From: Candidatus Fervidifonticultor secundus
GTDB taxonomy: Bacteria > Sysuimicrobiota > Sysuimicrobiia > Sysuimicrobiales > Humicultoraceae
Direction of reading: 5' to 3'
Length of the DNA stretch: 46,114 nt
NCBI GenBank assembly: GCA_031459385.1
Contig: JAVKIP010000024.1
Coordinates: 1-46,114 of the forward strand
The translations under genes and the position numbers were made by a program. Positions 20,084-31,989 of the stretch are shown here, in pieces (within the stretch, counting starts at the first letter, position 1; the number at the start of each line of letters is the position of its first letter). The notes below the pieces were generated by a model. That model was not told where the DNA came from and ran no database searches. It saw nothing but the letters and a program-made list of their open reading frames with translations.

Positions 20084-21711
20084 GCGGCATCGCGGGACGC
20101 TGGCCGCGCCTGCTGCCGCTGGGCGATTGCGGGCTGCTGGTCGAGTTCGCGCCAGAGGTCTCGCCCGAGGTCAACGCGCTGGTCCGCGGCGCCGAACCGG
20201 CGCTGGCGCGTCTGCCAGGGGTCTGCGAGACGGTGCCGGCGTTCCGGTCGGTCCTCGCGGTCTACGACCCGCGGCGCACCACGTTCGACCGGCTCGCCGA
20301 GGCAGCCGAGGCCGCCGTGCGCGCCGCCGGCCCGGCCCGCGATGACCTCGGCCGGCTGCACGAGATCCCCGTAGCGTACGGCGGCGAGTGGGGACCCGAC
20401 CTGGAAGCGGTCGCGGCCGCGCTGGGCCTGTCTGCGGCCGAGGTCGTGGCGTTGCACGCCGGGACGACCTACCGCGTCTACATGCTGGGGTTCTCGCCGG
20501 GGTTCCCCTACCTGGGGCTGCTGCCCGAGGCTTTGCGCCTTCCGCGGCGTGCCACGCCGCGGACCCGCGTGCCGGCTGGCAGCGTCGCCATCGCCGACGC
20601 CTTCGCCGGGATCTACGCGCAGGACACAGCGGGGGGCTGGCACCTGCTGGGACGCACGCCCGTCCGGCTCTTCGACCCGGCTCGACCCGATCCGTTCCTG
20701 CTCGCGCCCGGCGACCGGGTGCGCTTCGTGCCCGTGCCGGAGATCCGCATTTCGCCCGCGCCGCCGGCGGCGTCCTTCGTGCCCCGGCGGCCGGTGTTCG
20801 ACGTGCTGGACCCGGGCCTGTTGACCACGGTGCAGGACGCCGGCCGCTTCGGATGGCGGCGCTTCGGGGTGCCTGCCTCGGGCCCGATGGATCGCCGCGC
20901 GCATGCGGCGGCCAACCTGGCCGTGGGCAACGCCCCGGGCGCGGCGGCCATCGAGATGACGTTCCCGGGCCCGAAGCTGCGGGCGGTGGCCGATGCGGAG
21001 ATCGCCGTGGCCGGCGCGGACCTGGGCGCGCGCCTCAACCACTCGGATCTCGAGCCCGGGCGGCCGACGCGGGTCCGACCGGGAGACCTGTTCACGCTGG
21101 CTGCGCCGCGCGGCGGGCAGTGGCTCTACCTGGCCGTCGCCGGTGGCGTCGACGGCCCGGAGGTGCTGGGAAGCCGCGCCACCTGGACGCGCGGCGGCGC
21201 CAGCGGCGTGCTCGGCCGGCCGGTCCGGGCAGGAGAGATCCTGGGCGTGGGAGAAGGACCCGCCGGTCCCCGTCGTCGGCAGCCTGTGCCCCTGGTCCCC
21301 GCGGGCCGTCGCACCCTCACGGCGCGCGTGGTGCTGGGGCCGCAGGCGGACGCGTTTGCGCCCGAGGGGCTCGCCGCGTTGCTCGGGGCGACGTTCGAGA
21401 TCACCGTGCAGCGCGACCGCAGCGGCGCGCGGCTGCGCGGCGTCGTGCTCCGCCACCGCACCGGCGCCGACATCGCGTCCGACGGCCTGCTGCCGGGCGC
21501 GGTGCAGGTGCCGGCCGACGGCTCTCCGGTGGTGATCCTGGCCGACGGGCCCACCACCGGCGGGTACGTGAAGGCCGCGGCGGTCATCGGGGCGGACCTG
21601 GACGCCTTCGCCCAGCTCGCCCCGGGCGATCGGGTGCGGTTCGAGGCCGTGACGGTCGCCCGGGCGCACGACCTGCTCCGGACCGCGCAGGAGGACGCCC
21701 TGTGCAGCTAG
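20080..21711 (+). CDS. pxpBC: Fused 5-oxoprolinase subunits PxpB-PxpC (KipI-KipA-like)
   Basis: GTGA overlap with pheA; YGGEWGPDL, GFSPGFPY, GGWHLLGRT (B part); PGLLTTVQD.GR, SGPMD, PTTGGY (C part). Confidence 0.9.
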   Translation: MSGIAGRWPRLLPLGDCGLLVEFAPEVSPEVNALVRGAEPALARLPGVCETVPAFRSVLAVYDPRRTTFDRLAEAAEAAVRAAGPARDDLGRLHEIPVAYGGEWGPDLEAVAAALGLSAAEVVALHAGTTYRVYMLGFSPGFPYLGLLPEALRLPRRATPRTRVPAGSVAIADAFAGIYAQDTAGGWHLLGRTPVRLFDPARPDPFLLAPGDRVRFVPVPEIRISPAPPAASFVPRRPVFDVLDPGLLTTVQDAGRFGWRRFGVPASGPMDRRAHAAANLAVGNAPGAAAIEMTFPGPKLRAVADAEIAVAGADLGARLNHSDLEPGRPTRVRPGDLFTLAAPRGGQWLYLAVAGGVDGPEVLGSRATWTRGGASGVLGRPVRAGEILGVGEGPAGPRRRQPVPLVPAGRRTLTARVVLGPQADAFAPEGLAALLGATFEITVQRDRSGARLRGVVLRHRTGADIASDGLLPGAVQVPADGSPVVILADGPTTGGYVKAAAVIGADLDAFAQLAPGDRVRFEAVTVARAHDLLRTAQEDALCS

Positions 21712-22694
21712 GACGCCTGCCGCGCCTGCGGCTCGCCACCCTGCCGACGCCGCTCGAGGAGATGCCGACGCTGTCGGCGTACCTGGGCGGCCCGCGCCTG
21801 CTGGTGAAGCGCGACGACATGACCGGCCTGGCGTTCGGCGGGAACAAGGTCCGCAAGCTCGAGTACCTGCTGGGTGATGCCGTGGACCGGGGCTGCGATG
21901 TCGTGGTGACGGTGGGCGCGGCCCAGTCCAATCACGCCCGGGCTACGGCCGCTGCGGCGCGCCGCCTGGGTCTCGACGTGGTCCTGGTCCTGGCCGGCGA
22001 CGAGCCGCTCGAGCGGCAGGGCAACCTGCTGCTGGATGTGCTCTTCGGCGCCGACATCCGCATCGTGGATACCGACGACAACTACGTGCTGATGGGCGTC
22101 GTGGAGGACATCGCCCGCGACCTGCAGCGGCGCGGTCGCGTGCCCTACGTCATGCCCCCGGGCGGGAGCGCGGCCCTCGGCGCCGCCGCATACGCCAACG
22201 CCGGCCTCGAACTGCTGGACCAGCTCAACACGCGCGGCGTGCACGCTGACGCCATCGTCCATGCCACGGGGACCGGCGGGACCCAGGCCGGCCTGTACGC
22301 GGCATTCCGGTTGATGCAGGCGCGCATGGAGATCATCGGGGTCAGTGCCGGACCCTCGCGCGACGTGGTGACCGCGCGTGTGCGCAGCCTGGTCGAGGAG
22401 CTGTGCGGGCTGCTGGGTATTGACTGGCGGCCGCATCCGGATGATATCGTCGTAACGGACGAGTACGTGGGCGAACGCTACGCCGTCGCGACTCCCGAGG
22501 GCCTGGATGCCATCCGCCTGGTCGCCCGCACGGAAGGTCTGCTGCTCGACCCCGTCTACACCGGCAAGGCCATGGCCGGCCTGATCGACCTGGTGCGGCG
22601 CGGCCGGTTCCGCTCGGACCAGAGCGTCGTATTCTGGCACACCGGCGGCCAGCCCGCGCTCTTCGCCTACGCCGCCGCGCTCGGCGAGGGATGA
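21702..22694 (+). CDS. D-cysteine desulfhydrase / ACC deaminase family PLP enzyme
   Basis: VKRDD.TGLAFGGNKVRKLE, QSNHAR, GTGGTQAG, LLDPVYTGKA, HTGG; GTG after GGAGG. Confidence 0.92.
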   Translation: MQLGRLPRLRLATLPTPLEEMPTLSAYLGGPRLLVKRDDMTGLAFGGNKVRKLEYLLGDAVDRGCDVVVTVGAAQSNHARATAAAARRLGLDVVLVLAGDEPLERQGNLLLDVLFGADIRIVDTDDNYVLMGVVEDIARDLQRRGRVPYVMPPGGSAALGAAAYANAGLELLDQLNTRGVHADAIVHATGTGGTQAGLYAAFRLMQARMEIIGVSAGPSRDVVTARVRSLVEELCGLLGIDWRPHPDDIVVTDEYVGERYAVATPEGLDAIRLVARTEGLLLDPVYTGKAMAGLIDLVRRGRFRSDQSVVFWHTGGQPALFAYAAALGEG

Positions 22695-23419
22695 GGATGC
22701 GGTGCCCCCTGGCGGGGGGGATCGCGCTGCTGGTGGCCCTCTGCCTGGGGGCGCCGGCGGCGGCCGACGACGCGCTGCTGACGCAGGCGTTCGGCACCTT
22801 CCTGCGCCGGGCCGACGTCCTGCGCATCGAGGCGATCCCGGACCTCTACGAGGGGAGCTATGCACGCATCACCGTCACCGGCCGCGGGGTGCACCTGCAC
22901 CAGGGCCCGCGCGTGGACGAGGTGATGGTGCGGCTGGTGGGCGTCAGCCTCGACCCCGGGGCGCTGCGCGGCGGCCAGCTCAAGATCGTCGACTACCGGG
23001 GCAGCGCGCTCCGCGTGAAGGTCCTGCTGCGCAGCCTCCAGGACCACTTCAACGCCGGCGGCGTCGGCGACATCCGGCTGTGGGCCGAGCACGGCTACCT
23101 GTACGGCACCGGGACGGTCCCGTTCCGTGGGCAGCCCGCGCGGCTGCGAATGAAGGGGTTCTTCGCCGTGGCTGGCACGACCGAGGTATACTTTTACTTC
23201 GAGACGCTGCACGCCAACGGGCTGCCAGTGCCGACGGCGGTGATTCGCGACCTGGAGCGCCAGCTGAACCCCATCCTCCACCAGCGCGAGTGGCCGGTGC
23301 GGTTCCCGCTGCGCCTGCTGCGGCTCGACGCGGAGGCGCTGCTGCTCAGCAGCGAGGGCGATCCGTCGGTGCCGTGTCCGTCCTGTGGGGGCGGCCCCCA
23401 GACGACCTATGAGCCCTGA
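22691..23419 (+). CDS. Exported hypothetical protein (possibly DUF2993/LmeA-like)
   Basis: Signal-peptide-like N-terminus, beta-rich body, C-terminal CPSC; overlaps both neighbours. Confidence 0.6.
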   Translation: MRMRCPLAGGIALLVALCLGAPAAADDALLTQAFGTFLRRADVLRIEAIPDLYEGSYARITVTGRGVHLHQGPRVDEVMVRLVGVSLDPGALRGGQLKIVDYRGSALRVKVLLRSLQDHFNAGGVGDIRLWAEHGYLYGTGTVPFRGQPARLRMKGFFAVAGTTEVYFYFETLHANGLPVPTAVIRDLERQLNPILHQREWPVRFPLRLLRLDAEALLLSSEGDPSVPCPSCGGGPQTTYEP

Positions 23420-24137
23420 CCGTCCCCGGATTCTGATCACGACGAGGCGGCTTCCCGCGGAGGCCCGGGCGCGGGCGTGCGCGATGCGCGCGGCGGCATG
23501 CTACGCCGACGCCGTCCGCGAGGCCGGCGGCGACCCCATCCTGGTGGCGCCCGGTGACCCGCTGCCCACAGCGGTGGACGGCGTCCTGCTCTCGGGTGGC
23601 GTCGACGTGCACCCGCGGCACTACGGCCAGGCTGTCGACCCGGGCGCGGCCTCCACGCTCGCAGTGGACGAGCCGCGCGACCTGATGGAACTGGACCTGG
23701 TCCGCCACGTCCTCGACCGCGACACGCCCCTGCTCGGCATCTGCCGCGGCGCGCAGGTGCTCAATGTGGCCGCCGGCGGCACGCTCTGGCAGGACCTGTC
23801 GCTGGCGGGCGTGGACCCGCGGCGCCACGATCAGGACGGCTGGCGGCCCGACTGGGACGCGGCCCACGGCGTGACCGTCGAACGCTCAAGCCGCCTGGGT
23901 GACGCGGTGGGGGTCGGTGCCCTGGGCGTCAACAGCTTCCATCACCAGGCCGTGGCCGCTCCGGCGCCGGGCTTTTGCATCGTGGCCCGGGCAGACGACG
24001 GCACCGTCGAGGGGGTGGAGAGCACGCGCCACCGGTTCGTGGTGGGCGTGCAGTGGCATCCCGAGCGCATGGCCGCCCGCCACGCGGTCCAGCGCCGGCT
24101 CTTCGCGGCCCTGGTGGCCGCCACCCGCCGGGCCTGA
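23409..24137 (+). CDS. Peptidase C26 / gamma-glutamyl-GABA hydrolase family amidotransferase
   Basis: LLSGGVDV, LGICRGAQVLNVA.GGTL.QD, VNSFHHQA, GVQWHPE. Confidence 0.92.
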   Translation: MSPDRPRILITTRRLPAEARARACAMRAAACYADAVREAGGDPILVAPGDPLPTAVDGVLLSGGVDVHPRHYGQAVDPGAASTLAVDEPRDLMELDLVRHVLDRDTPLLGICRGAQVLNVAAGGTLWQDLSLAGVDPRRHDQDGWRPDWDAAHGVTVERSSRLGDAVGVGALGVNSFHHQAVAAPAPGFCIVARADDGTVEGVESTRHRFVVGVQWHPERMAARHAVQRRLFAALVAATRRA

Positions 24138-24141
24138 ACCG

Positions 24142-25506
24142 GTGGACGCGCCGCGGCGCCGCCCGATCCTCCGTCCCTGGTGGCGCTTGGTGCCGTGGCT
24201 GCCCGTGGCGGGCGCGCTGCTGGCCGGCGCGCTGGCGCCGGCGGCGCTGCCCGCGGCTCCCGCGCCCGAGGCGCCTGTGGTCGTCCGCATCACCATCGAC
24301 GGCGTCATCGCGCCGTCCACCGCGCGCTTCATCCTGCGCGCGATCCGCGAGGCGGAAGCGCAGCAGGCCGACGCCCTGGTGGTCATGCTCGACACGCCCG
24401 GTGGCCTGCTCAAGTCCACCGACGACATGACCCGGGCGATCCTCAACGCGAAGGTCCCGGTCGTCGTCTACATCGCCCCGCGGGGGGCCCGCGCGGCCTC
24501 CGCCGGCGTGTTCATCACCTACGCGGCCCATGTGGCGGCCATGGCGCCGGCCACGCACCTGGGCGCGGCCTCGCCGGTCGCCGTGGGCGGCGGCGAGGGC
24601 CGCGAGCCCGACAAGACCGCCATGGAGAAAGTGACCAACGACATGGTCGCCAACATCCGCGCCATGGCGCGGCGCCGCGGCCGCAACGCGGACTGGGCCG
24701 AGCGCGCCGTGCGCGAGGCCGTGTCGATCACCGAGGAGGACGCGGTGCGCCTGCACGTGGTGGACCTGGTGGCCAACGACCTGGCGGACCTGCTGCGTCG
24801 CCTGGACGGCCGCACCGTGGAAACCGACCTGGGGCCGCGGCAGCTGCGGACCGCGCGCGCCCGCATCGTGGACCTGAACATGGACCTCACCGAGCGATTC
24901 CTGGCGCTGCTCAGCGATCCCAACATCGGCTTCATCCTGTTGAACATCGGCATCCTGGGGGTGCTCGTCGAGCTGTACAATCCGGGCGCGGTGTTGCCGG
25001 GGGTCGTCGGCGGCATCGCCCTGATCCTGGGGCTCGCCTCGTTCGCCATCCTGCAGGTGAACGTCGCCGGGCTCCTGCTGATCGCCTTCGCCATCCTGCT
25101 CTTCATCGCCGACGTGAAGGTGCCAGGACACGGGGTCCTCACGGTGGGCGGCGTCCTGGCATTTATCTTCGGCGCGATCCTGCTCACCGAGCGGCAGGCG
25201 CCGGTGCTGCAGATCTCGCTGCGGCTCATCATCGCGGTCGCGGTCCTGCTGGCGGGGTTCTCGCTGTTCGCCGTGGGCGCCGGGCTCCGGGCGCAGCGCG
25301 GGGCGCCGCGCAGCGCCGAGACGCGCCTGATCGGGACGATCGGCGTGGCCCGCTCGCGCCTCGACCCCGAGGGGCAGGTGCACGTGCAGGGCGAGATGTG
25401 GTCCGCCGTGTCCACAGGCGGCGCCATCGAAGACGGCACCCCGGTGCGCGTCGTGGCGGTGGACGGGCTGCGGCTGCGCGTGGAGCCGGCGTCCGGCGGC
25501 CGCTAG
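24142..25506 (+). CDS. nfeD: Long-form NfeD (serine protease domain, TM region, OB fold)
   Basis: LDTPGG, AASAG, GAASPV, multiple TM segments, C-terminal G.V.VQGEMWSA; start codon approximate. Confidence 0.88.
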   Translation: MDAPRRRPILRPWWRLVPWLPVAGALLAGALAPAALPAAPAPEAPVVVRITIDGVIAPSTARFILRAIREAEAQQADALVVMLDTPGGLLKSTDDMTRAILNAKVPVVVYIAPRGARAASAGVFITYAAHVAAMAPATHLGAASPVAVGGGEGREPDKTAMEKVTNDMVANIRAMARRRGRNADWAERAVREAVSITEEDAVRLHVVDLVANDLADLLRRLDGRTVETDLGPRQLRTARARIVDLNMDLTERFLALLSDPNIGFILLNIGILGVLVELYNPGAVLPGVVGGIALILGLASFAILQVNVAGLLLIAFAILLFIADVKVPGHGVLTVGGVLAFIFGAILLTERQAPVLQISLRLIIAVAVLLAGFSLFAVGAGLRAQRGAPRSAETRLIGTIGVARSRLDPEGQVHVQGEMWSAVSTGGAIEDGTPVRVVAVDGLRLRVEPASGGR

Positions 25507-25580
25507 GTGCGCCGCGGGGTCGGGTCCGGGCGCACGGGGGCGGCTCCCGCACCGTGCGGCAGGAACCCGTGGGTCGGCTG

Positions 25581-26069
25581 ATGTCCGGGCCCGCACCGTC
25601 GGGCGCGAGCGTCCGGCGCGTCGTGCGCACGCGCTCCGCGCGCGCCACCGAGGGCCTGGGGGCGCGCCTCGGGCAGCGCCTGCGGTCGGGCGACGTCGTG
25701 GCGCTGATCGGTCCGCTGGGCGCCGGCAAGACGGTGCTGGCCCGTGGCCTCGCGCGCGGGGCCGGCGCCCGCGGTTACGTGGCGAGCCCGTCCTTCGTGA
25801 TCGTGCGCGAGTACGCCGGTCCGGTGCCCGTGGTGCACGTGGACCTGTACCGGCTGGAGCGCCCCGAGGAGATCGAGGCCCTGGGTCTCGACGACGTGCT
25901 GGCCGGCGGCGCGATCGTCATCGTGGAGTGGGCCGACCGGGCGCCCTGGCTGCTGCCCGCTGACCACCTCAGGATCGACTGCGCTCTGGGTCCGGGTCCT
26001 CGAGAGCGCATCTTCACGCTCACGGCACCCGCGCGGCTGGCGGGCATCGTGTCCGCGCTCGACCCGTAG
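25581..26069 (+). CDS. tsaE: t6A biosynthesis ATPase TsaE
   Basis: GPLGAGKT, SPSFVIVREY, HVDLYRL, IVEWA. Confidence 0.95.
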   Translation: MSGPAPSGASVRRVVRTRSARATEGLGARLGQRLRSGDVVALIGPLGAGKTVLARGLARGAGARGYVASPSFVIVREYAGPVPVVHVDLYRLERPEEIEALGLDDVLAGGAIVIVEWADRAPWLLPADHLRIDCALGPGPRERIFTLTAPARLAGIVSALDP

Positions 26070-26072
26070 CCG

Positions 26073-26864
26073 ATGCGCGTCCTCGCCATCGAAACGTCCA
26101 CTGCCCGCGGCAGCATCGCGCTCGTCGGTGCGGGCGGCCTGATCGCCGAGGCGCAGGCCCCCGCCCCGGGCGCGCACCTGGAATGGCTGGCCGGCGCCAT
26201 CGCGGACCTGCTCGCAGCCCACGACCTCACCGCCGCGGCTATCGAGGGTCTCGCGGTCTCCACCGGGCCCGGGAGTTTCACCGGCGTGCGCGTCGGCGTG
26301 GTCACGGCCATCACCTGGGCCGAGGCCACCGGCACACCCGTCGTTGGCGTCCCCACCCTGGAGGCGATCGCTGCAGGCGTCGCGGAGGAGGGCGCAGCCG
26401 CGCCGCTGCTGCTGGCCGCGGTGGACGTGCGCCGCGGCGAGGTTGCGGCGGCGCTCTTCGCGCTGCGGGGCGATGCCCGCCGCCTGTCCCCCGACGTCGT
26501 CGCCAGGCCGGCCGATCTCCCTGAGATGCTGTCGGTGCCCGGCGCGCTGCCGGTGCCCGATGCGGTGGTACTGGTCGCGGGCGATGCGCTGGAGCGCTAC
26601 GGCGAGGCGCTGCTGACCGCCGCGGGCCCCGGCGCGCGCGTGGCGCCTCGCGGGCAGTGGTGGCCGCGCGCCCGCGCAGTGGGCCGCCTCGGCCGGGCGC
26701 GGCTGCTGGCCGGGGCGCGGGCTGATCCGGCCACGGTGCAGCCGGTCTATCCGCGCCGCGAGGTCGCCCGCATCGCCGGGCAGCAGGAACCCCCTGCGGG
26801 CGGCCAGAACGCAGGCGACGGCAGCGGCGCGGACTGGCGCCCCGCGCCCTCGCCCGACCCATGA
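26073..26864 (+). CDS. tsaB: t6A biosynthesis protein TsaB
   Basis: LAIETST, GPGSFTGVRVG, D.RRGEV, P.Y.R. Confidence 0.93.
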   Translation: MRVLAIETSTARGSIALVGAGGLIAEAQAPAPGAHLEWLAGAIADLLAAHDLTAAAIEGLAVSTGPGSFTGVRVGVVTAITWAEATGTPVVGVPTLEAIAAGVAEEGAAAPLLLAAVDVRRGEVAAALFALRGDARRLSPDVVARPADLPEMLSVPGALPVPDAVVLVAGDALERYGEALLTAAGPGARVAPRGQWWPRARAVGRLGRARLLAGARADPATVQPVYPRREVARIAGQQEPPAGGQNAGDGSGADWRPAPSPDP

Positions 26865-27385
26865 AGCAGATCACCCGCATTCGAGTCACGCCCATGACGC
26901 TGGACGACCTCCCGCGCGTGCGCGAGATCGAGCGCGAGGCGTTCGCGTCGCCCTGGCCCAAAGATGCCTATCGGGCGGAGATCGAGGACAATCAGGTGGC
27001 CTGCTACATCGTGGCCCGCGACGTGCAGGACCGCGTGGTGGGGTTCGCCGGCATGTGGGTGATCTTCGACGAGGCCCACGTGACCACCATCGCCGTCGAC
27101 GCGCGCCGCCGCGGCCAGGGCATCGGCAAGCGGCTGCTGCTCGACCTCATCGACCGCGCGCTCGCCCGCGGGGCGCGCTGGATGACGCTCGAGGTCCGGC
27201 CCTCCAACACCGTGGCGCTGGCGATGTACCGGGCGTTCGGATTTCGGGACGTCGCGCTGCGCAAGCGCTACTACAGCGACAACGGCGAGGACGCCGTGGT
27301 GATGTGGAGCGGCAACCTGACCGAGCCGGCCGCCCGGGCGCGGCTGGAGGAGATTCGCCGCGACCTCGACGCCTCGCAGGCGTGA
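26861..27385 (+). CDS. rimI: Ribosomal-protein-alanine N-acetyltransferase
   Basis: [31 protein letters not shown]...EDA. Confidence 0.93.
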   Translation: MKQITRIRVTPMTLDDLPRVREIEREAFASPWPKDAYRAEIEDNQVACYIVARDVQDRVVGFAGMWVIFDEAHVTTIAVDARRRGQGIGKRLLLDLIDRALARGARWMTLEVRPSNTVALAMYRAFGFRDVALRKRYYSDNGEDAVVMWSGNLTEPAARARLEEIRRDLDASQA

Positions 27386-27395
27386 CGGCCGCGCG

Positions 27396-28391
27396 ATGCG
27401 CGTGCTCGGCCTGGAAACCTCGTGCGACGAGACGGCGGCCGCCATCGTGGCGGCCGGCCGGCCGGTCAGTAACGTCGTCGCCTCGCAGGCCGCCCTGCAC
27501 GAGCGCTACGGCGGCGTGGTGCCCGAACTGGCCTCGCGCCGCCACGTCGAGCGGGTGGTCCCGGTGCTGCGCCTGGCACTGGAGCAGGCTCGAGTACGCT
27601 GGGACGACCTGGACGGCATCGCGGTCACGACCGGGCCCGGGCTGGTCGGCGCCCTGGCGGTGGGCGTGGCCGCGGCCAAAGCGCTCGCCCTGGCCCGGGG
27701 GTTGCCCTGCGTCGGGGTCAACCATCTGGAAGGGCACCTGTTTGCCAACGTGCTGGCCTTCGGCACCCTGCCGAAGCCGACCCTCGCGCTGATCGTCTCC
27801 GGGGCGCACACCGACCTGGTGCTCGTGGAGGCGGCGCACCGCTACCGGGTGTTGGGCCGCACGCGCGACGACGCTGCCGGCGAAGCGTTCGACAAGGTGG
27901 CTCGCGCCATGGGGCTCGGCTACCCGGGCGGTCCGGCCCTGGATCGTCTGGGTCAGGTGGGCGACCCCCGGGCCGTGCCCCTGCCCGTGCCCTTCCAGGG
28001 ACCCGGGCTGGACTTCAGCTTCAGCGGCATCAAGACCGCGGCGCTGCGCGCGCTGGCCGCGCGGCCGGCGCCCGACCGGCAGTTCCTGGCGGATCTCGCC
28101 GCGTCGCTGCAGCGTGCGGTGGCCGAGGCGCTGGTGCGGCGGATGGCGCGGGCCGCCAGGCTGCACCGCCCGCGGGCGCTGGCGCTGGTCGGGGGGGTCG
28201 CCGCCAACTCGGTGCTCCGGCGCCGGCTCCACGACGAGGCCGCGCGGCTGCGCCTGCCCGTGCTGATCCCGCCCCCGGACCTGTGCACCGACAACGCCGC
28301 CATGGTGGCGGCCGCCGGCGCGTCCCGCCTGGCGCGAGGCGAGCGCGCCGGCTGGGACCTGGCGGCGCACGCCGACCTTCCCCTGGCGTAG
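27396..28391 (+). CDS. tsaD: t6A threonylcarbamoyltransferase TsaD
   Basis: [42 protein letters not shown]. Confidence 0.97.
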   Translation: MRVLGLETSCDETAAAIVAAGRPVSNVVASQAALHERYGGVVPELASRRHVERVVPVLRLALEQARVRWDDLDGIAVTTGPGLVGALAVGVAAAKALALARGLPCVGVNHLEGHLFANVLAFGTLPKPTLALIVSGAHTDLVLVEAAHRYRVLGRTRDDAAGEAFDKVARAMGLGYPGGPALDRLGQVGDPRAVPLPVPFQGPGLDFSFSGIKTAALRALAARPAPDRQFLADLAASLQRAVAEALVRRMARAARLHRPRALALVGGVAANSVLRRRLHDEAARLRLPVLIPPPDLCTDNAAMVAAAGASRLARGERAGWDLAAHADLPLA

Positions 28392-28470
28392 CCCCGCCAG
28401 CCTTCCCGGGCCGCACCCCCGGGCCGCGCCTCGCCGGCTGCCCTCCCGGCCGATTTTCTCCGCCGGGGGC

Positions 28471-28499
28471 TTGAACGAGGGCGCCCCCCTGCCTAAGAT
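28471..28499 (+). promoter_or_regulatory. Sigma70 promoter of groESL
   Basis: TTGAAC(28471-76)-17 nt-TAAGAT(28494-99). Confidence 0.75.
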
Positions 28500-28507
28500 G
28501 GGGATGA

Positions 28508-28534
28508 CTAGCACTCTAACCTCGAGAGTGCTAA
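28508..28534 (+). promoter_or_regulatory. CIRCE element (HrcA operator)
   Basis: CTAGCACTC-N9-GAGTGCTAA, one mismatch to TTAGCACTC-N9-GAGTGCTAA, upstream of groES. Confidence 0.96.
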
Positions 28535-28568
28535 TTCCCACATTCTTGGCGCAGGAGGGATGCGACAG

Positions 28569-30510
<1,942 letters not shown>

Positions 30511-30533
30511 GTCTCGGACGGCCACGGGAGGCT

Positions 30534-30576
30534 GCGGCGAGGCGGGGTGTGCCCCGCCTCGCCGCTTCGTTATTTT
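30534..30576 (+). terminator. Intrinsic terminator after groEL
   Basis: 14-bp stem GCGGCGAGGCGGGG/CCCCGCCTCGCCGC, 4-nt loop, tail TTCGTTATTTT. Confidence 0.88.
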
Positions 30577-30592
30577 GCGTTTACGGTTCAAC

Positions 30593-30621
30593 TTGCAAAT
30601 GTACGCCTTTTATGGTAGAGT
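30593..30621 (+). promoter_or_regulatory. Sigma70 promoter of the pur operon
   Basis: TTGCAA(30593-98)-17 nt-TAGAGT(30616-21) with an extended -10 TG. Confidence 0.75.
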
Positions 30622-30660
30622 GCGAACCGGGACGCGCAGCGAACTCCCCCACCGCAGACC

Positions 30661-30704
30661 AGAAGCCGAATTTTATACGTGAGACATGAGAACATTGTTC
30701 GTAA
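30661..30704. promoter_or_regulatory. Putative Bacillus-type PurR operator (paired PurBoxes)
   Basis: CCGAATTTT and inverted ATTGTTCGT give GAAT-N25-GTTC, similar to the B. subtilis GAAC-N24/25-GTTC arrangement. Confidence 0.5.
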
Positions 30705-31987
30705 TCGGGGGAGGGGGACGGGAGCACGCCGTCGTCTGGCACCTGGCCAGGCACTATCCCGGCGCCACGATCTACTGCGCGCCGGGCAATCCCGGGATTG
30801 CTCGCCTCGCCACCTGCCTGCCCCTGTCTGCCGGCGACCTGGATGGGCTCGCCGATGCCGTTGCCCGCTGCAACCCCGATCTGGTCGTGGTGGGCCCGGA
30901 AGCGCCGCTCGTGGGCGGCCTCGCCGACCGCCTGCAGGCGAGGGGCCTGCGCGTTCTGGGCCCCACGGCTGCGGCCGCACGCATCGAGGGCAGCAAGGCA
31001 TTCGCCAAGCAACTCATGGCACGCGCCGGGGTACCGACCGCGCCGTTTTTGGTCTTCGACGACCCCCGGGCGGCCGTCGCGCACGCGCGGCGCCTGCGCA
31101 CGCCGGCCGTCGTCAAGGCCGACGGCCTGGCGGCCGGCAAGGGCGTCGTGGTCTGCGACGGGCCTGACGAGGTCGAGGCGGCCATCCGGGCGATCATGGT
31201 TGACGCGATCTTCGGTGACGCCGGGCGCCGCGTCGTAATCGAAGAGCGCCTGGTAGGGCAGGAGGTGAGCGCCTTCGCCCTCGTGGACGGCGAGGCCGTG
31301 GCCTGGCTGGGCGCGGCCCAGGATCACAAGCGCCTGCAGGACGGCGACCGCGGCCCCAACACGGGCGGCATGGGCGCGGTGGCGCCGTATCCCATATCGG
31401 CCGCCCTGCGCGCGCGCATCGTGGGTGAGATCCTCCAGCCGGTGGCCAGCGCGCTGGCCAGCCAGGGCTGCCCCTACCGCGGGGTCCTGTTCGCCGGCTT
31501 GATGCTGACCGCGCACGGGCCGCGGGTGCTGGAGTTCAACTGCCGGTTGGGCGATCCCGAGGCGCAGGTCCTGCTGCCGCTGCTGCGCGCCGGTCTCCCG
31601 GACGCGTTCGACGCGGTGTGCCGGGGGGAGACCGGCGCCGACGGCCGGCTCGCCGGTGGCGACCTCACCGTATCCGACCGGGCGACCTGCGGCGTCGTGC
31701 TGGCCTCGGGCGGATATCCGGCCTCGACCCTGCCCGGCGTACCCATCGCCGGTGTGGAGGAGGCAGCCGGCGCGGCGGTGATCTTCCACAACGGGACCGC
31801 GGAGGCCGGCGGACGGCTCGTGACCGCCGGGGGACGGGTGCTGACCGTGGTGGGCCAGGGCCCGGATGTGGCTGCGGCGCGTGCGCGCGCCTACGCCGGC
31901 GTGGCGCAGATCACGTTCGAGGGCATGCGGTACCGCACAGACATCGGCGCCCGACTGCTGGCCACGGTCTCGGCAGGAGGCGGCTAG
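30686..31987 (+). CDS. purD: Phosphoribosylamine--glycine ligase
   Basis: [51 protein letters not shown]. Confidence 0.97.
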   Translation: MRTLFVIGGGGREHAVVWHLARHYPGATIYCAPGNPGIARLATCLPLSAGDLDGLADAVARCNPDLVVVGPEAPLVGGLADRLQARGLRVLGPTAAAARIEGSKAFAKQLMARAGVPTAPFLVFDDPRAAVAHARRLRTPAVVKADGLAAGKGVVVCDGPDEVEAAIRAIMVDAIFGDAGRRVVIEERLVGQEVSAFALVDGEAVAWLGAAQDHKRLQDGDRGPNTGGMGAVAPYPISAALRARIVGEILQPVASALASQGCPYRGVLFAGLMLTAHGPRVLEFNCRLGDPEAQVLLPLLRAGLPDAFDAVCRGETGADGRLAGGDLTVSDRATCGVVLASGGYPASTLPGVPIAGVEEAAGAAVIFHNGTAEAGGRLVTAGGRVLTVVGQGPDVAAARARAYAGVAQITFEGMRYRTDIGARLLATVSAGGG

Positions 31988-31989
31988 CC

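Noticed and set aside
30622..30685. Purine or ZTP riboswitch ahead of the pur operon
   Set aside because: The leader is too short and lacks the aptamer consensus and an expression platform.
30690..30700. Gram-positive LexA box
   Set aside because: The spacing is GAAC-N3-GTTC rather than N4; a PurBox interpretation fits better.
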